A stretch of 63,715 bases of DNA, filler included, from Vezdaea acicularis (Eukaryota): NCBI GenBank assembly GCA_026025075.1. It is 3 parts of 3 records of this genome, joined end to end, with 100 filler letters (N's around TTAATTAATTAA, not from the genome) between each part and the next. Parts side by side here need not be neighbours in the genome. Positions count along the whole stretch, not along the records: positions 24,042 to 47,436 come from JAPEUI010000185.1; positions 47,537 to 63,715 come from JAPEUI010000217.1; 1 more part is not named here. One strand, written 5' to 3'. Positions 37,892-51,135 of the stretch are shown piece by piece. The translations under genes and the position numbers were made by a program. The first letter of the stretch is position 1; every line of letters starts with the position of its first letter. The notes beneath the pieces were generated by a model that did no database searches, was not told the DNA's origin, and was given only the letters and a program-made list of their open reading frames with translations.

Positions 37892-39017
37892 ATGAGTCTC
37901 GCAACGACATCGGCCGCGGCAGCAGCGGTCGGACACCAGCCATGGCCTCTGACGGGCGATGAGGTCCATCAATATACACATCCGACTCTACCAGCGAAAC
38001 CCGCACGCGCAGCGACGGCGAGGGGAACGGCTTCATCGAGCCATCGCTCCAGCGACGAGCACTACCAAATCCACAAGCACCACCGCGTCTCGACGTCGCA
38101 GGTCTCCTCCCCCGAAGCCGTCGACTCTCCCGCCGGCTCGTCCATAGCATCGTTCTCGCAGCCCGCCAGTCCAGCCCGCAGCAGCGTCGTCGTTGGCCGC
38201 CGGGCCTCACATACATACCCTCTCGCTAGCGACGACGTCGAGAAGCTCTCGGATGGCTCGAGCGAGCACAGCGCGGCGGTACCGTCTCAGAACCATGAGC
38301 GGGAGGAGGAGGAAGAGAAGCAACGCCGTCACCGCCGTCGACAGCAGCCGGACGAGAGCTCTGCATCTATCCCCTCGCGCCCCTCGGAGGTCCTGCGTAG
38401 CCATGAATACATATCGACCAGTGGTGCCGCCGTCGACGACCCTGACGACTACACCTCAGTCCTCACTCCTGAGCTCGGGGGAAAGGCCCCACAGATCTTG
38501 GTATGTTCCCCCCCCTCCCTCTCCTGCCATGGGCCCAAGCACCATACACCAGCTAACACCCCCCGCCCTCCAGCTCTTTCTCACCCTCACATCCCCCCTC
38601 CTCTCCCTCCCCTTTGCCCTCTACACCCTCCTCATCATCCTCCTCTTCCTCCTCACCCGCCCACACCACCTCTTCACCAAACCCTCCAACCCCCCCACAC
38701 GCCCCTCCTTCCTACTCACCCACCTCGCCCCACTCCACCGCTACTCCCTCCGCCGCCTGCACTGCGCCCTCCCGCACACCACGGCCTACTCCGCTCCGCG
38801 CCTCGCAATGGTGCTCATCGCCGCCCCGGCCATCGCGCTACCGCTCATGGCCGCCGGATGGGTCGTCGGCGCCTTTTGGGCGTTTGAAAAGGTCGTCGGT
38901 GATTCGGGACAGACGGGCCGCGGAGCGGGCAGGGAGGAAAGGGCGGGCGATGGCGTGAGGGCGGTTATTTGGGTCAGGGGGCTAGGGCTGGGTTGGTTGC
39001 GGAAGGCTCTTAGGTGA
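37892..39017 (+). CDS. Hypothetical membrane protein (disordered N-terminus, hydrophobic C-terminus); intron 38501-38572
   Basis: GTATGT...GCTAAC...CCAG intron joins GKAPQIL to LFLTLTSPLLSLPFALYTL...AAGWVVGAFWAF..GD...DGVRAVIWVR. Confidence 0.65.
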
Positions 39018-39910
39018 TAGGGGAGAGTAAATGAGGGCGGGGTAAGTGGGATGTTGACTGGGGAGAGGGTATGGGTGGTTCGTTTTGGGGCAAATAAGGC
39101 TGGATCTATCATGGGCAACGTGTTCATGTGGCATTCACCACTTGCTAGGTCTTGTGGTTCCTGGCGAGATGGCGATGTGGCGCTTCATCGGTGATGTGGG
39201 GGATGCTTGGTGGTCTCTTCAGTTGTTCCCTTAACGGCGGTTGTTGGCGTTGGGGGTTACGGATGCTATATCATGCTCTTGCACGCTGTACGTATTATGC
39301 GTCTCTGATAGATGTATGGGGATGGTCAATTGAGACGTTGCTTGTGGGTTTAGGATTTTTTGGAAGCTGGGGGGAATTGATGTGAGTGATCTGGGGGTGT
39401 GTGAATCCGGTACTCGAATGGGCAGGTTCAGGTATACTGTAGTTCGGATGTTCGCAGATAGGGAATCTTCCATGAGACAGTCCATAAACAGAATGTCAAC
39501 GCATGTGGGTTTGGACGTATAGGAGTGATTCTTCACTGTAACTACTTGATTGGCTATGATCGGTTAGGATGCTTATACAGCTGAGGACAGTTTGGATATG
39601 GGTAACTGAGGAACTCTTCCGTGAGAGAGTGTATATGCAGAACGATAACGCGCATGGATTTGACTAATTCGTCAGACTACTTTCTTGATCAAACTCAATC
39701 CCCAAGTAAAAGTCTTTGACGGAATTGCGACGCCAACATTAAGCGACATGTCCGAACAACTTCGTCCCCTCGAAAGCCCGAATAGGGTATACCCCATCCC
39801 TCGCTTAGCAAAAAAGATTCCACACTTTTCGCTAACAGTGACCCGCCGAGAGACCCCACGTCGAGTAGATCTCTGTATTCGATACCACGACTTGAAGAGA
39901 CGCCGACAAC

Positions 39911-41480
39911 ATGTCTCACGTAAGTGATAATTCTCTAAGCCTACTCAAAAGCTAATGATCAATTGCTAACGTGCTGCTCACAGAGGAAATTCGTAAGTCT
40001 TTCCAATGGCGAGAGGAGCTCGAACGTGGATTGGAGGACGAATGCCTTTTTCCGACGGCTTGCTGATGGTACCACGACGATAGGAAGCGCCTCGTCATGG
40101 TTCCCTCGCGTTCCTTCCCAGGAAGCGTGCGGCTAGACATCGGGGTAAGGTAAAGAGGTACGTTCTCGGCATGGTGGACGCCAGAAGAGGGCAATATCTG
40201 ATGCATACAGCTTCCCCAAGGACGACCCGAAGAAGCCTGTACACCTCACCGCGGCCATGGGCTACAAAGCCGGCATGACGACGATTGTCCGTGACCTCGA
40301 GCGTCCAGGCGCGAAAATGCACAAGAAGGAGGTTGTTGAGGCCGTCACTGTCATCGAGACACCACCCGTGAGTTTGTCCTCCAGTGCCCGGCTTGTATAT
40401 TTCAGTATTAATTCTCTTACAGATGATCGTCGTCGGACTCGTCGGCTACATCGAAACTCCCCGTGGCCTCCGTTCCCTCACTACCGTCTGGGCTGAACAT
40501 CTTAGCGACGAGGTCAAGCGCCGTTTCTACAAGAACTGGTACAGGAGCAAGAAGAAGGCCTTTACGAAATACGCCAAGCTGCACTCCGAAGCCAAGGGCC
40601 ACTCGATCACCCGCGAGATTGAGCGCATCAAGAAATACTGCACCGTCGTCCGCGTGCTCGCCCACACCCAGATCCGCATGACGCCCCTCAAGCAGAAGAA
40701 AGCACACTTGATGGAGATCCAGGTCAACGGTGGCAGCATCGCCGAGAAGGTCGCGTTCGGGCACGGCCTGTTCGAGAAGCCGGTGGAGATTTCGACCATC
40801 TTCGAGCAGGACGAGATGATTGACTGTATCGCCGTGACAAAGGGCCATGGCTTCCAGGGCGTCACGAGCAGGTGGGGCACCAAGAAGCTGCCGCGGAAGA
40901 CGCACAAGGGGCTCCGGAAGGTGGCGTGTATCGGCGCGTGGCATCCGTCGCACGTGCAGTGGACGGTGGCAAGAGCAGGCCAGGACGGGTATCATCACCG
41001 CACGTCGACGAATCACAAGGTCTACCGTATTGGTAAGGGCGAAGACGAAGGGAACGCATCGACCGAGTTTGACGGCTCGAAGAAGAAGATTACCCCGTGA
41101 GTCTTGTTTCCTATCTCCTTTTCCCGTCCTCGCTCTCCATCCCGTCCGTCTGCCTTGCTTCCTCCACCTTCCCCCCCCCTCTTTTTTACCCGGCCAGCAA
41201 ACTAACACGTAATCGCATTCACAGAATGGGCGGCTTCGTGCGCTACGGCGAGGTGAAGAACGACTTTGTGCTGCTCAAGGGTAGCGTGCCCGGCACCAAG
41301 AAGCGCATCATGACCCTCCGCAAGAGCATGTTCGTGCACACCTCCCGCAAGGCGCTCGAGAAGGTGGAGCTCAAGTGGATCGACACGTCGTCCAAGTTCG
41401 GCCATGGCGCGTACCAGACCCATGCCGAGAAACGCCAGTTCTTGGGTACCCTGAAGAAGGATCTGCAGACTGCTGCGTAG
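39911..41480 (+). CDS. RPL3: 60S ribosomal protein uL3, 5 introns, with a 9-nt first coding segment and a 9-nt internal microexon
   Basis: [61 protein letters not shown]. Confidence 0.98.
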
Positions 41481-42536
41481 GTTCTGGGGAACCGGGGTTT
41501 GGCAGGGGAAACGAGGGGGTTATGTGCGGGTGGGAGTAGGGAGGGTAGATAGGTCTAGTTTATGGGCTTGATTGCTTCTTCTGCTCCTGCTAATGAGATT
41601 GCTGTGGTTGTGTGGTTTGAGGCTGTACGTGGGCTGTGTGATGTTTATCATCTGGGAAACGCCGGAACAGCCCCTTATTCCCCCTCTCAATGGAGATCGG
41701 GTTCCTGATCACCCGCCACTTACCCATCTCCTTAGCTGTCTGTAGAGTAAGCTGCACATGTCCACACACACCCCCTTAACCCTTCTCTACTCTCTCCTCT
41801 CTACATCTCCACACATCCAACCAATCAACCAACTTAACTCACCAGCCGGATGCGATATGATACGCCCAATATTCTCTGCACTAGCGTTCAACCCCCAGCG
41901 CTCGGGTATAGATGATCCTCCTCTCCTTTTTTTGAGTGATAACATGTGCTCGAATCCTTAGATGGAGGGTTTCACGATCTGAGGCGGGACAAAGGAGTGG
42001 GGGGAGGGGGATGCGTATGCCTGATATTGAATATTGGACATTGGATATTGGACAAGTTATATTAGATATCAGATAGGGGAACGCACGGGGTTTCTCTTAA
42101 TAGTGGGGACGTAGTGAACCAAATCGCACCGCCCGACAAATTCCAACCCAGCAACGCAGCACCCCACGCACCAATCACGCGCACAAGCATCATCCAGCAA
42201 CATCTCAAGTCCCCACAATCTTCACTCTGGCGTTCTGGCACAGAGGTTGTCGTCTTCTCTCGCGTACCTCTGGGAGCACCGTTGCCGAACTCCCCCACAT
42301 TCCCGTGCGCGAGCGGAGGGGAGCGAACTCATCGTGCCCCGCCACCACCAGCCCTACACCGCTCGGGTACGTGGACACCGTATCCTGAGTTCTGCATCAA
42401 GGCGCGGGATCCGCCTTTTGATAGCATTGCACGAACGAACTGGTTAGCTGGTGCAAGAAGAGTAACAACAGCAAGAACGAGAACGACGAGGGCGACGACG
42501 ACGACAACGACGATCAATACGAGAACGACGACGACG

Positions 42537-43113
42537 ATGGCTTCAGATGCTGCGTATACCGCTTTTCTCGAGCAAGCGAATTCTAATTCCAATACACAAG
42601 CAGACCCGGGGGAACAAGCTACAACAACAACAACAACGCCCTCTCAAACCGGGACCGACGCGGTATCGACGATGAAGAGCGTGGATGACGGAGTGGTGGT
42701 TCCGGAGGGGTTGAAGGGTATAACCACCACTTTCATCTCAGAGGGGGACGAGAAGTTCGAACCGGTTGCCTTGAAATGGAGTGGGGGGAGATTGCCTAAT
42801 GCTAGTACGCTCCCCCTTGTCCCTCTCAACACTCTGTGAGATGACTGATTCTTTGGGACAAATAGCACAGTTCTGCCAGCTCGTCTGCCCGGATACGGAT
42901 CAGGCGGGGTGTCCGGTTAAGCTCTTATTAGTCGACCAGTGGGATCCGAAGGGGCAGTATGCGGATGTGGTAGGGCTTGTGGAGGGGTATGTGAGGGGGG
43001 AGGCGAGGGTTTATGAGATTGTGAGGGGGACGAGGAGGGTGTTTTATGTGGTCGGGCTTGGGAGGGAGGGGGGAGCGGTGCTGGGGGTTAGGGCTTTGGG
43101 GGTGGAGAGTTAG
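42537..43113 (+). CDS. Small fungal hypothetical protein, 1 intron (~42805-42865)
   Basis: MASDAAYTAFLEQAN...FISEGDEKFEPVALKW...WDPKGQY...GVRALGVES*. Confidence 0.7.
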
Positions 43114-44923
43114 GGATTCGGGATTTGTTTTGTTTGGAGGGGGTAGGGGTTTGGGGGGGCTTTTGATGGGACTGGTGGAGGGGAGAGGGGTGGATGGGGG
43201 TGGTATGCGTGGATGTGGTGGAGAGAAGAATGGGGTTGTGAAGGTACTGCATCTGGTGTAATCCTCTGCGATTCTATATACCCACCAAACAAAATGCGCA
43301 AAACCCCCCAAGAAAATATCCTCCAGCCCACACACAAAGCCTCGCGCGCCCAATCGCGCAGATCAGCGAGCGCAGAAACAGACCGCCGTCGGAAGAAAAG
43401 AAGATGAAAATTTGGTAATCTCGGGAGAGATGGAGATTGCGATAAGACAAGAGAACCGGCAACCGCGATATAGGCGATATCGGGGAGAGATTGAGGCGCG
43501 CACTAGGCCGCCGCCCCCCTGCTTCTGGCGGCGCTGGAGAAGGATGGGTTGGGAGAGAGGCGATGAGTGGCAGCTGAAGAAGTACATACTAGTACTCAGC
43601 TGCGGCTACGGGGGGGGGAAAGGTACTTTCCACGAGTGCGTGAGTTGAGTGGGTGAGTGGTTAGGAGCACATACTTCGTCATACGAACCTGAAACAAGAT
43701 CGTGGAAACGGTGATCAGGATATTCTTAGCAAGCGGCGAAAAGAAAAAACAGGCGTCGTCTTTTTTCTGGGCGAGATTGGCGGCGCTCTCGGAAGACCCG
43801 ACCGAGTGCGGATCCTTGCCGCTGGTGGAAAAGCCGCACGATGCAGGAACACCGTGGCGTTTTCTTTCTTCTTCCTCACCCTTTTTTCCCCTCTTTGGGC
43901 GAAGCAGCAGCCGGATATTGAAGATGCGGAGGTGCTGCGATGGCTGCAGATCGAATTGTGGGTGATGCAGTATTGAAGCCTGGATACATCTGAGAGGCCT
44001 TCTGCCCGTGCGGCCTCCTCTTCTGTCGTGGCTTGATGGCCGTACGTGCTCGGCGGTAAGATGTTCGTCGCTTTTGTTGGAAGCCGAGTGGAGAGACAAG
44101 TGTCGCGGGGCCGGCTGGACGAGCCCGAACGTTCGGACGAGAATCAGATCAGTGCGCTGGAGGGGAAATAGTCTTGCTGTCATTACAACCCATCTGAGCA
44201 CAGCCCCATCCGCGCAAGACTGGCCAGATGGTGATCATTCGAACAGACACGTCCATCGCAAGCCGATTCCTGTCGTGGCCGAAGATTCGCCCCTCGCCGG
44301 GACTTGCACTGTAGCGTCGCAACGGCGCGTGGCCGAGGGATCCAGTCGTCGCCAAGGGCGGCGTGACGGGTACCTTCTTTGGCTCGCCCCTACGCAGCGC
44401 CCACTTCCGCCCGCCCGCCCAATCACCGGCCGCCTCCCACCTCATTTGCATCCCCAACCTGAACTTGCACCGCGAAGGGCACGAGCTTGCGTCAATTCGC
44501 CCTCCTTTTGCAAAAGTCACCACCTGCTTCTCTCTTGCTGCATTTTCACCGTCCGCAACTTCGATACGGCTTCTCTGGGAGAATCGTCGACACTCGCTCA
44601 CCCTCTTCGATTCTTTCGTTTCGTCTTCGACAAACTCGTCACGGCGGCCGTCGCTTGTTTTTGGGCTCGTGTGGCTTTTTGTTGCTTCATCTCCCTACGC
44701 AGCACCTCCTTACATCTCGCGTAGCAACGCTTCCAACCTTTGCAGTTTCACGACTCCACCGACGCCAATCGTCATCTCGATCCGAAGAAAAGCCTGTGCG
44801 ACGAGCGGGACCATCGTATCTAGAGAGCTGGAGACTTTCAGAATCATAGAAGGACAGGAGGGCGGTGGCTGTGGGACGGAGCGGTCGCGATAGATTCACC
44901 CTAGCAACCGACCAGACGCTCAC

Positions 44924-44968
44924 ATGAAGTCCAACATCTCCGCCATCTCCACGATCAACCCATTTTAA
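44924..44968 (+). promoter_or_regulatory. Candidate uORF (MKSNISAISTINPF*) upstream of KRE6
   Basis: ATG at 44924, TAA at 44966-44968, ending 39 nt before the main ATG at 45008. Confidence 0.45.
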
Positions 44969-45007
44969 TCGAACCTTTTGGGCATTCGCGCTCGTTTCTT
45001 TTTCATA

Positions 45008-47218
45008 ATGTCACGAAATTTCTCCTCGCCGCCTCCTCCACCGCCTCCGCACGTCACCCTAAACTCCGGCCAGCGAAACCTCCTCTCCTCCGACCCAAAT
45101 CAACCCATATACGAAGCAGACAACTCTTCGAGACCATACTCGCCTAATGAAAGACCGCCCGCCGCCCCCTCATACGACATCTTCCAGGCAAGGCCGGCCC
45201 AGCGGCAACTCTACCAACAGCATACGCCCGCAGCGTCGTCCGAACTCCTAATACCACCGGCCTCGCGATCACGGCCGTACCAAGACTTCACCCCCTCACA
45301 ATCGCCCAGCAGATCCGGATATTCTTCGAGGAGAACAAGTATCAGCTCTGATGGCGGAGAAAGAAACCCGTTTGCCTCGCCGTTCGACGACTCGCGTGCT
45401 CCGTCGCGGAACGGAAGCGACGACGACAATGTAAACACGCAGACGGTGGCGGAAAAGTACAACATCACCCCGTCGGCTGGACTACTGTTGTACCCTGAGG
45501 ATATTGAGAAAGACGACTACCTTCACACACCGAGCCCCGGCGACGACAAGAATCGGGAATGTGACATTTGGTCGAAACGAGGGATCGTCAATGTGGGAGG
45601 GCTGTTGTTTGTCACATTAGGGATACTGACGCTATTTATTGGCTATCCAGTCATGTTAGTGGGCCAGAACGCTTTCCACTTTTGATAGACTGATACTGAC
45701 TGTTTTCTTGTTAGAACGTTCCTCCAGCATGTCGTCAGTCCGAATCAACAATGCGCGGAGGACCCGAATTGTATCAACGTGGGCAGCATCCCGCTACTCA
45801 CAAATATCAGGCATGGCTTGATAGATCCCGACACACCACAGTCGGCCATGACGAAGCAGAATGCGGATGGTTCGACATGGAATCTGGTCTTCTCGGACGA
45901 GTTTAACAAGGAGGGCCGGACATTTTACGACGGGGATGATCCGTACTTTGAGGCGGTTGACCTGTGGTACGGCGTTACCCAGGATCTAGAGGTAAGTTCA
46001 GGTGGCATTCCTTTTTGACGAGGGCCATACTAAATCTTGAAACAGTACTACGATCCAGATGCCGTCACTACAAAAGGCGGGGTCATGGAAATCACATTCG
46101 AGAGCTTTGCAAATCATAATCTTAATTATCGATCGGGCATGGTGCAAACGTGGAACAAGCTCTGCTTCAAGGGCGGACGGATGGAGGCCAGCATATCCCT
46201 TCCGGGTGCCGGAAGCGTCAGTGGTTTGTGGCCTGGCTTTTGGTCAATGGGGAATCTAGGACGGCCAGGATACGCTGCAACAACGGACGGCATGTGGCCC
46301 TACAGCTACGACGATGTCTGCGACGCCGGCATCACCGCGAATCAGAGCGACCCAGATGGTGTCAATTATCTCCCGGGCATGCGGCTCCCAGCTTGCACGT
46401 GCCACAATCAGGATCACCCAACGCCAGGAAGGTCGCGATCAGCGCCTGAACTCGATGCTCTTGAAGCTAGTGTTGGATACCTGGGTCCGGGCAAGACTAA
46501 CCAAATTGGGTCTGTCTCGCAGTCGGCGCAGATCGCCCCGTTTGATATCTTTTATGCTCCCGATTATGGTAAGAAACACTCGGAAGCTGATTTCTGGTAA
46601 GAGTCGACTTGCTGATGACATCTAGACTTTGTCGAGTTGTATGATCCGACAATTACCTCCATGAACGGCTATAGAGGTGGCCCGTACCAGCAAGCCATGT
46701 CTGGGCTTTCCTGGATGAACAACGATTGGTACGACGGCAAAGCGTATCAGACCTACTCCTTTGCATACACACCCGGCAAATCCGGCAACATCGTGTGGTA
46801 CATTGGAGACGAAGCCACGTGGGGCTTGGATGCCCGCGCGATTGGGCCTAACGGAAACATTGGGCAACGGACCATTCCAGAAGAGCCGATGGCGATGGTC
46901 ATCAATTGTGGCATGTCGCCAAGTTTCGCTCCCATCCAGGTCGCGGATCTTCAAGCACTGTTCCCAGCGAAGATGAGGCTGGATTTTGTGCGGATCTATC
47001 AGCCTCCTGGGGCAGAGAGCATGACGTGCGACCCTCCGGGCTACGAGACGACGGACTACATTGCGAAGCATCCGGCCGCTTACCAGAATATCAACAAAAC
47101 CCACTGGTATGTTTTTGGTGTCATGCTTTCTTTTTTTCTGAGGCTGTACTGACGATTAGACAGGGCGGACGCAGGCTATGCATGGCCGCAGAACACCCTC
47201 GTGAACGGCTGCTCATGA
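45008..47218 (+). CDS. KRE6: Beta-1,6-glucan synthesis-associated GH16 protein (Kre6/Skn1), 4 introns
   Basis: EKDDYLH; TM segment LTLFIGYPV; LVFSDEF; YRSGMVQTWNKLCF; GLWPGFWSMGNLGRPGY; GRSRSAPELDALE; EEPM; DFVRIYQ. Confidence 0.95.
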
Positions 47219-47436
47219 GAACCCAATCTCATTCTTCACAAACCCACTCTTTTCAACACGCCCCTTTGAGCGTATGAGACTAAGCTTGACGTGATTCGGA
47301 CCTATCATTTGCTACTCCGCATAGCCTTTCCTTTGTACACACGCCAACTGGATCGCCGCACACCAATATGCGGCAGGTCCATCAATATAGAGAGCATTGC
47401 CGCGGCGCAACTTAATTCTTTGGGAGGACGTACATA

Positions 47437-47536
47437 NNNNNNNNNNNNNNNNNNNNNNNNNNNNNNNNNNNNNNNNNNNNTTAATTAATTAANNNNNNNN
47501 NNNNNNNNNNNNNNNNNNNNNNNNNNNNNNNNNNNN
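47437..47536. other. Artificial contig spacer N44-TTAATTAATTAA-N44
   Basis: Identical design to the spacer at 23942. Confidence 0.95.
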
Positions 47537-48448
47537 GGGGGGAGCGGGTTTTGATCTTGCCGACGTTCCATTGGGCGCCGGAGGCGGGGTTGCGGCGGAT
47601 TAGGGTTATGTAGCTTTGATGTATGGGAGTGGTGGCTTCAGGGGAGCTGTATAGAGAGTTGTTGCTTCTTCGGCGAGCGTGGTGCCGTTCGCATGAAAGG
47701 GGGTCGAGCAGTTGGCTGTCTTGGAAAGACTTTGGGCGAGGCCGGGTGTCGATTGTTGGCCGCAATGGAGTCCTAGAGCCATTGGGTACGACATTTAGAT
47801 TATTAAAATCGTCAAAATTCAAGTCCAGTTGCGGAGAGTCGTCGAGAGTCCCTAATGAGTAGGACGAAGTCGAGTCCACAGGTCGCGGTCCTAGTGGTTT
47901 CCGACGCACGGATTGATCCCCCTTAAACGCGGGATGCCCTTCATATCTTGGGGAGGATCCGTTCTTATACGGTGGATGTCCCAACTCTTCAAGTTTCCCG
48001 GCGGGATGGTCGACCGGAGAGTCGAGGGATTGTCTAGGCGATATGTTGATGGGTTTCCGCCGTATTATTGGGTTTGTTTCTGGCGCTGGCGTCTGGCCTA
48101 TCGAGAAGTCCTGAAAGTTCTGCAGCTCCGGTACAAATGGCTCTTCATCCTCTTTCTCGACATGTAGATAGAACAGAGAACTATTTATATCCTCGACTGT
48201 CACGACTTTCGCCCGTGGTTTGATGGTTGATAGGATTACATCTGAGCGAGGCTGTCAGTTTCAAGTCCAATTGAATGTCAATCATCGAACTTGCCTCTAC
48301 TTCCAGGAACTCGGGATATGTATAGTACTAGAGGCTCTCGAGACTTCGAGTCCGCATATCTTGGATACGTAGGTGGATTTTCAGCTAGAGCCGTAATTTC
48401 CGAGAGTGAATTTGCTTGAATTGCTGGAGGACTTGTTGGTTTCTCCAT
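47537..48448 (-). CDS. Fungal hypothetical protein, 3'-truncated; GC-AG intron 48294-48242
   Basis: LSEITALAENPPTYP...PLVLYISRVPGSR|DVILSTIKP..VTVEDINSSLFYLHV; ITLIRRNPASGAQWNVGKI. Confidence 0.75.
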
Positions 48449-49006
48449 AGTCGCATATTGTTTAGATAAATGATTCGAGATCAGAAGTATCTAGATACAC
48501 GAACATATCTGATGTCTACCGTTTTGCTCTAATGATAGAGATAACTCGACTAACAATAATAGGACGACAGACAGTCACACGAGTAAGAAAGATATAAAGA
48601 GGAATCAGCCTGGATACTTGAGAGTGCGGAAGGAATATCTGAAGCTGCTGCAGCCGTGCGGCCCAGCAGTCGAGCTTGGAGAAGTTACCGGCATCTTCCC
48701 AATTCTGCAGAGGCGTATGCCATTCGTATTCCGAGAGGCGGAGCAGCATCGGGGATCGTCAAATCGCAAATGGACCAATCACTCAACTCAACCAATCAGC
48801 CTACGTGCACCCATCAATTCAGATGACAAAGTACATGTTTTGGCCGTTTAAAGTTATCGGATTCGATAGAGTAGTCTGATCTTACACTTAAACTATGCCA
48901 ACTAAGGAAGAACCTTGCTCTTCACCGAAGCCCCCATGTAAGTCCCTTTCGATTATGCACAGCAACGAGACTCCAAACTCCAGATGTCATTGAGAGTCTG
49001 ACATGC

Positions 49007-50273
49007 TTATACGACTGTCTCTGCCCTTTCGCCCTCTGCGACGACTGGGACGCCGAGTCCACGATCTGGACTTTGCAGAACCAACTGCTCATGCCTCCTC
49101 GCCTTCAAGAAATCACTGATCGCTCGGATCAAAATGAACCACCCAATAATCATCAAAGCATATGCAATCCAATCACTACTCGTAATGCCAGAAGAAGCCG
49201 CGCTGCCGGCTGCATTGCCATTCCCGGCGTCAACCATTGAAGCTACTGCGACTGCAGCTGAATCTGCGGATACTGAGGAAGGGTCGAAATTGTGGCTATT
49301 GGGGTCGGGAGGCTCTCCATATAAAGGCTCAGAGGCACCACCGTTCTTGGCGGATCCTTTCATGTAGAACCCATATTGTACCAATGTGATGCCCAGGCCT
49401 GCCCTGCTCCCGTTCTTTGCAGCATGCGTTGTATGAAGAAGGTAGGTGAGGAGAAAACCAACGAGCTGGAAAGACATAGAAATCATGCCATTCCAGACAA
49501 AGGAAAAGACCGACCCGACGGGAAGGCCATCGATAAAGACATCGTCGGCACCCATCCCAGGAGCTAAAATGGTTGTCTCCCAGTATGGTGGTGTTGCATC
49601 TGCTGCAGCTTGTTCGTAGGTCTAGGGCAATCGTTAGTTTTCGTTCTCGGTCTAAAGGAGAAGACGGTAGTCTACTAACCGGGGGGTGTTCTTCTGTCTT
49701 CTCGCCTCTCTCAGGCTTGGCGTTCAGATTTGCAAAAACACCGTCATTGGCGTTCTGTTGACCACCTCCATATACTCGACCTGTCGGAGCACTTGTGGGC
49801 TCGGAAGCAGGCGCTGGGAATGCCGTTACCCTTCGCTCGATTATTCGCGGACGTTCTCTGTCTTCTCCAGGCCCGCTGGAAGTAGAGCGGCGGGATCGCT
49901 GCATCAACCTCTGCCTGTCATCCCCATCTGCTCCCTCTCCATCAGATCCATCATCATCCGAGGGTGCATCAAAGCTATCAGCCAAAGCTTGATCGGCATC
50001 TGTCGTAAGCGGATCGTGAGAATTTAGGAAGCGTCGGGACGAAGGGGAGGAGGTCTGGGAACGAAACGAGGGCGGAGGTGAAGATGGAACTCGTTGTTGA
50101 CCGTGGCTGGTAGGTGCCAAGGGTGAATCATCACCATCGTCTGGAGATACCTTTGCATCGAAAGAGTCAGTTTAATGGGATCAGTCGGGTATGACCAGCG
50201 ACGCTGGATGCGTCGTGGCAAGTACAGGGTGGCTTGGCAAACTTACCCGCTCATACTTCTGCGAGCTCATCAT
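49007..50273 (-). CDS. BSD2: Bsd2-like metal-homeostasis Rsp5/Nedd4 adaptor, 2 introns
   Basis: NDGVFANLNAKP; PY motifs PP|TYEQAAADATPPYWE; SFQLVGFLLTYLLHTTHAAKNGSRAGLG. Confidence 0.92.
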
Positions 50274-50615
50274 GAGCCGCGTCAAGAATGAATACAAAGA
50301 AAACTAGGTATCAATAGATTTGTTCGCTGTAAAGTATGGAAGAAAAGAACGCTACTTGAAGGTGACACGATGGAAGAATCGAGGAGAAGGATGGAGAGGT
50401 GACGCCTGTCAGGAGTAGTCGTCTGGAGTATGGCGGCACTGGCGTGGCTGCGCCCGAGCGCTTAGCTAATCTTCTACGGTGGGCGACGTCAACGAGCGCA
50501 ACCCGTTAACTTATGCGCGAGCAATAAAAAGTTATTCGACATTCACGCTTTCGAGGTCTGTACTTGACCAGATATAGTGAATACTCCTTCGTGAAGGATC
50601 TAAAGCAATCCTAAT

Positions 50616-51135
50616 ATGCCTATATCTGTAACCCTCTCGTCCTTGCTAAAACTGTATCATTAGCTTACTTACACCTCTCTGTTAGGTCGCATATAGGCAT
50701 TACCAGCGGATTCTCTCAAGATGGCCAAAAGACATCCTCCGGCCCACAATCTCGTTCCAAGAGGCAATGCGGCGCGAGATTGACCGAAGATTCATAGGAC
50801 CTCCGAAAGCTGAGCCTGACAAGATACCCGGTCAAGCAACGCAATCTTCAGCCATGCCGACTAAGATTGACGAGGAGAAGGAGATGACGCAGGCGAATGC
50901 GCTTTATTCACTGTTAGAGAATCGCTACATGCAGAAGGTGAGACCAATGTGCCTCAAATACAGGATTAGATATTGACGCATTGCGTGGCAGTGGAAAATA
51001 GATCCAAGCTATTACGAGCCAAAATCAAATCCTGCATATTACGCCAATCTTGTTCACGAATTAGAGCAAGCACCGAATAGAAGTTGGCTGAGTCGCAAGC
51101 TCAATAGTTTCAAGGGATGGATAAGGTTGACATAG
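50616..51135 (+). CDS. CBP6: Cytochrome bc1 assembly factor Cbp6/UQCC2-like, 2 introns
   Basis: YQRILSRWPKDILRP...QANALYSLLENRY...PKSNPAYYANLVHELEQAPNRSW. Confidence 0.8.

Noticed and set aside
45008..47218. KRE6/SKN1 as part of the sphingolipid neighbourhood
   Set aside because: It lies on a different contig, across an artificial spacer.
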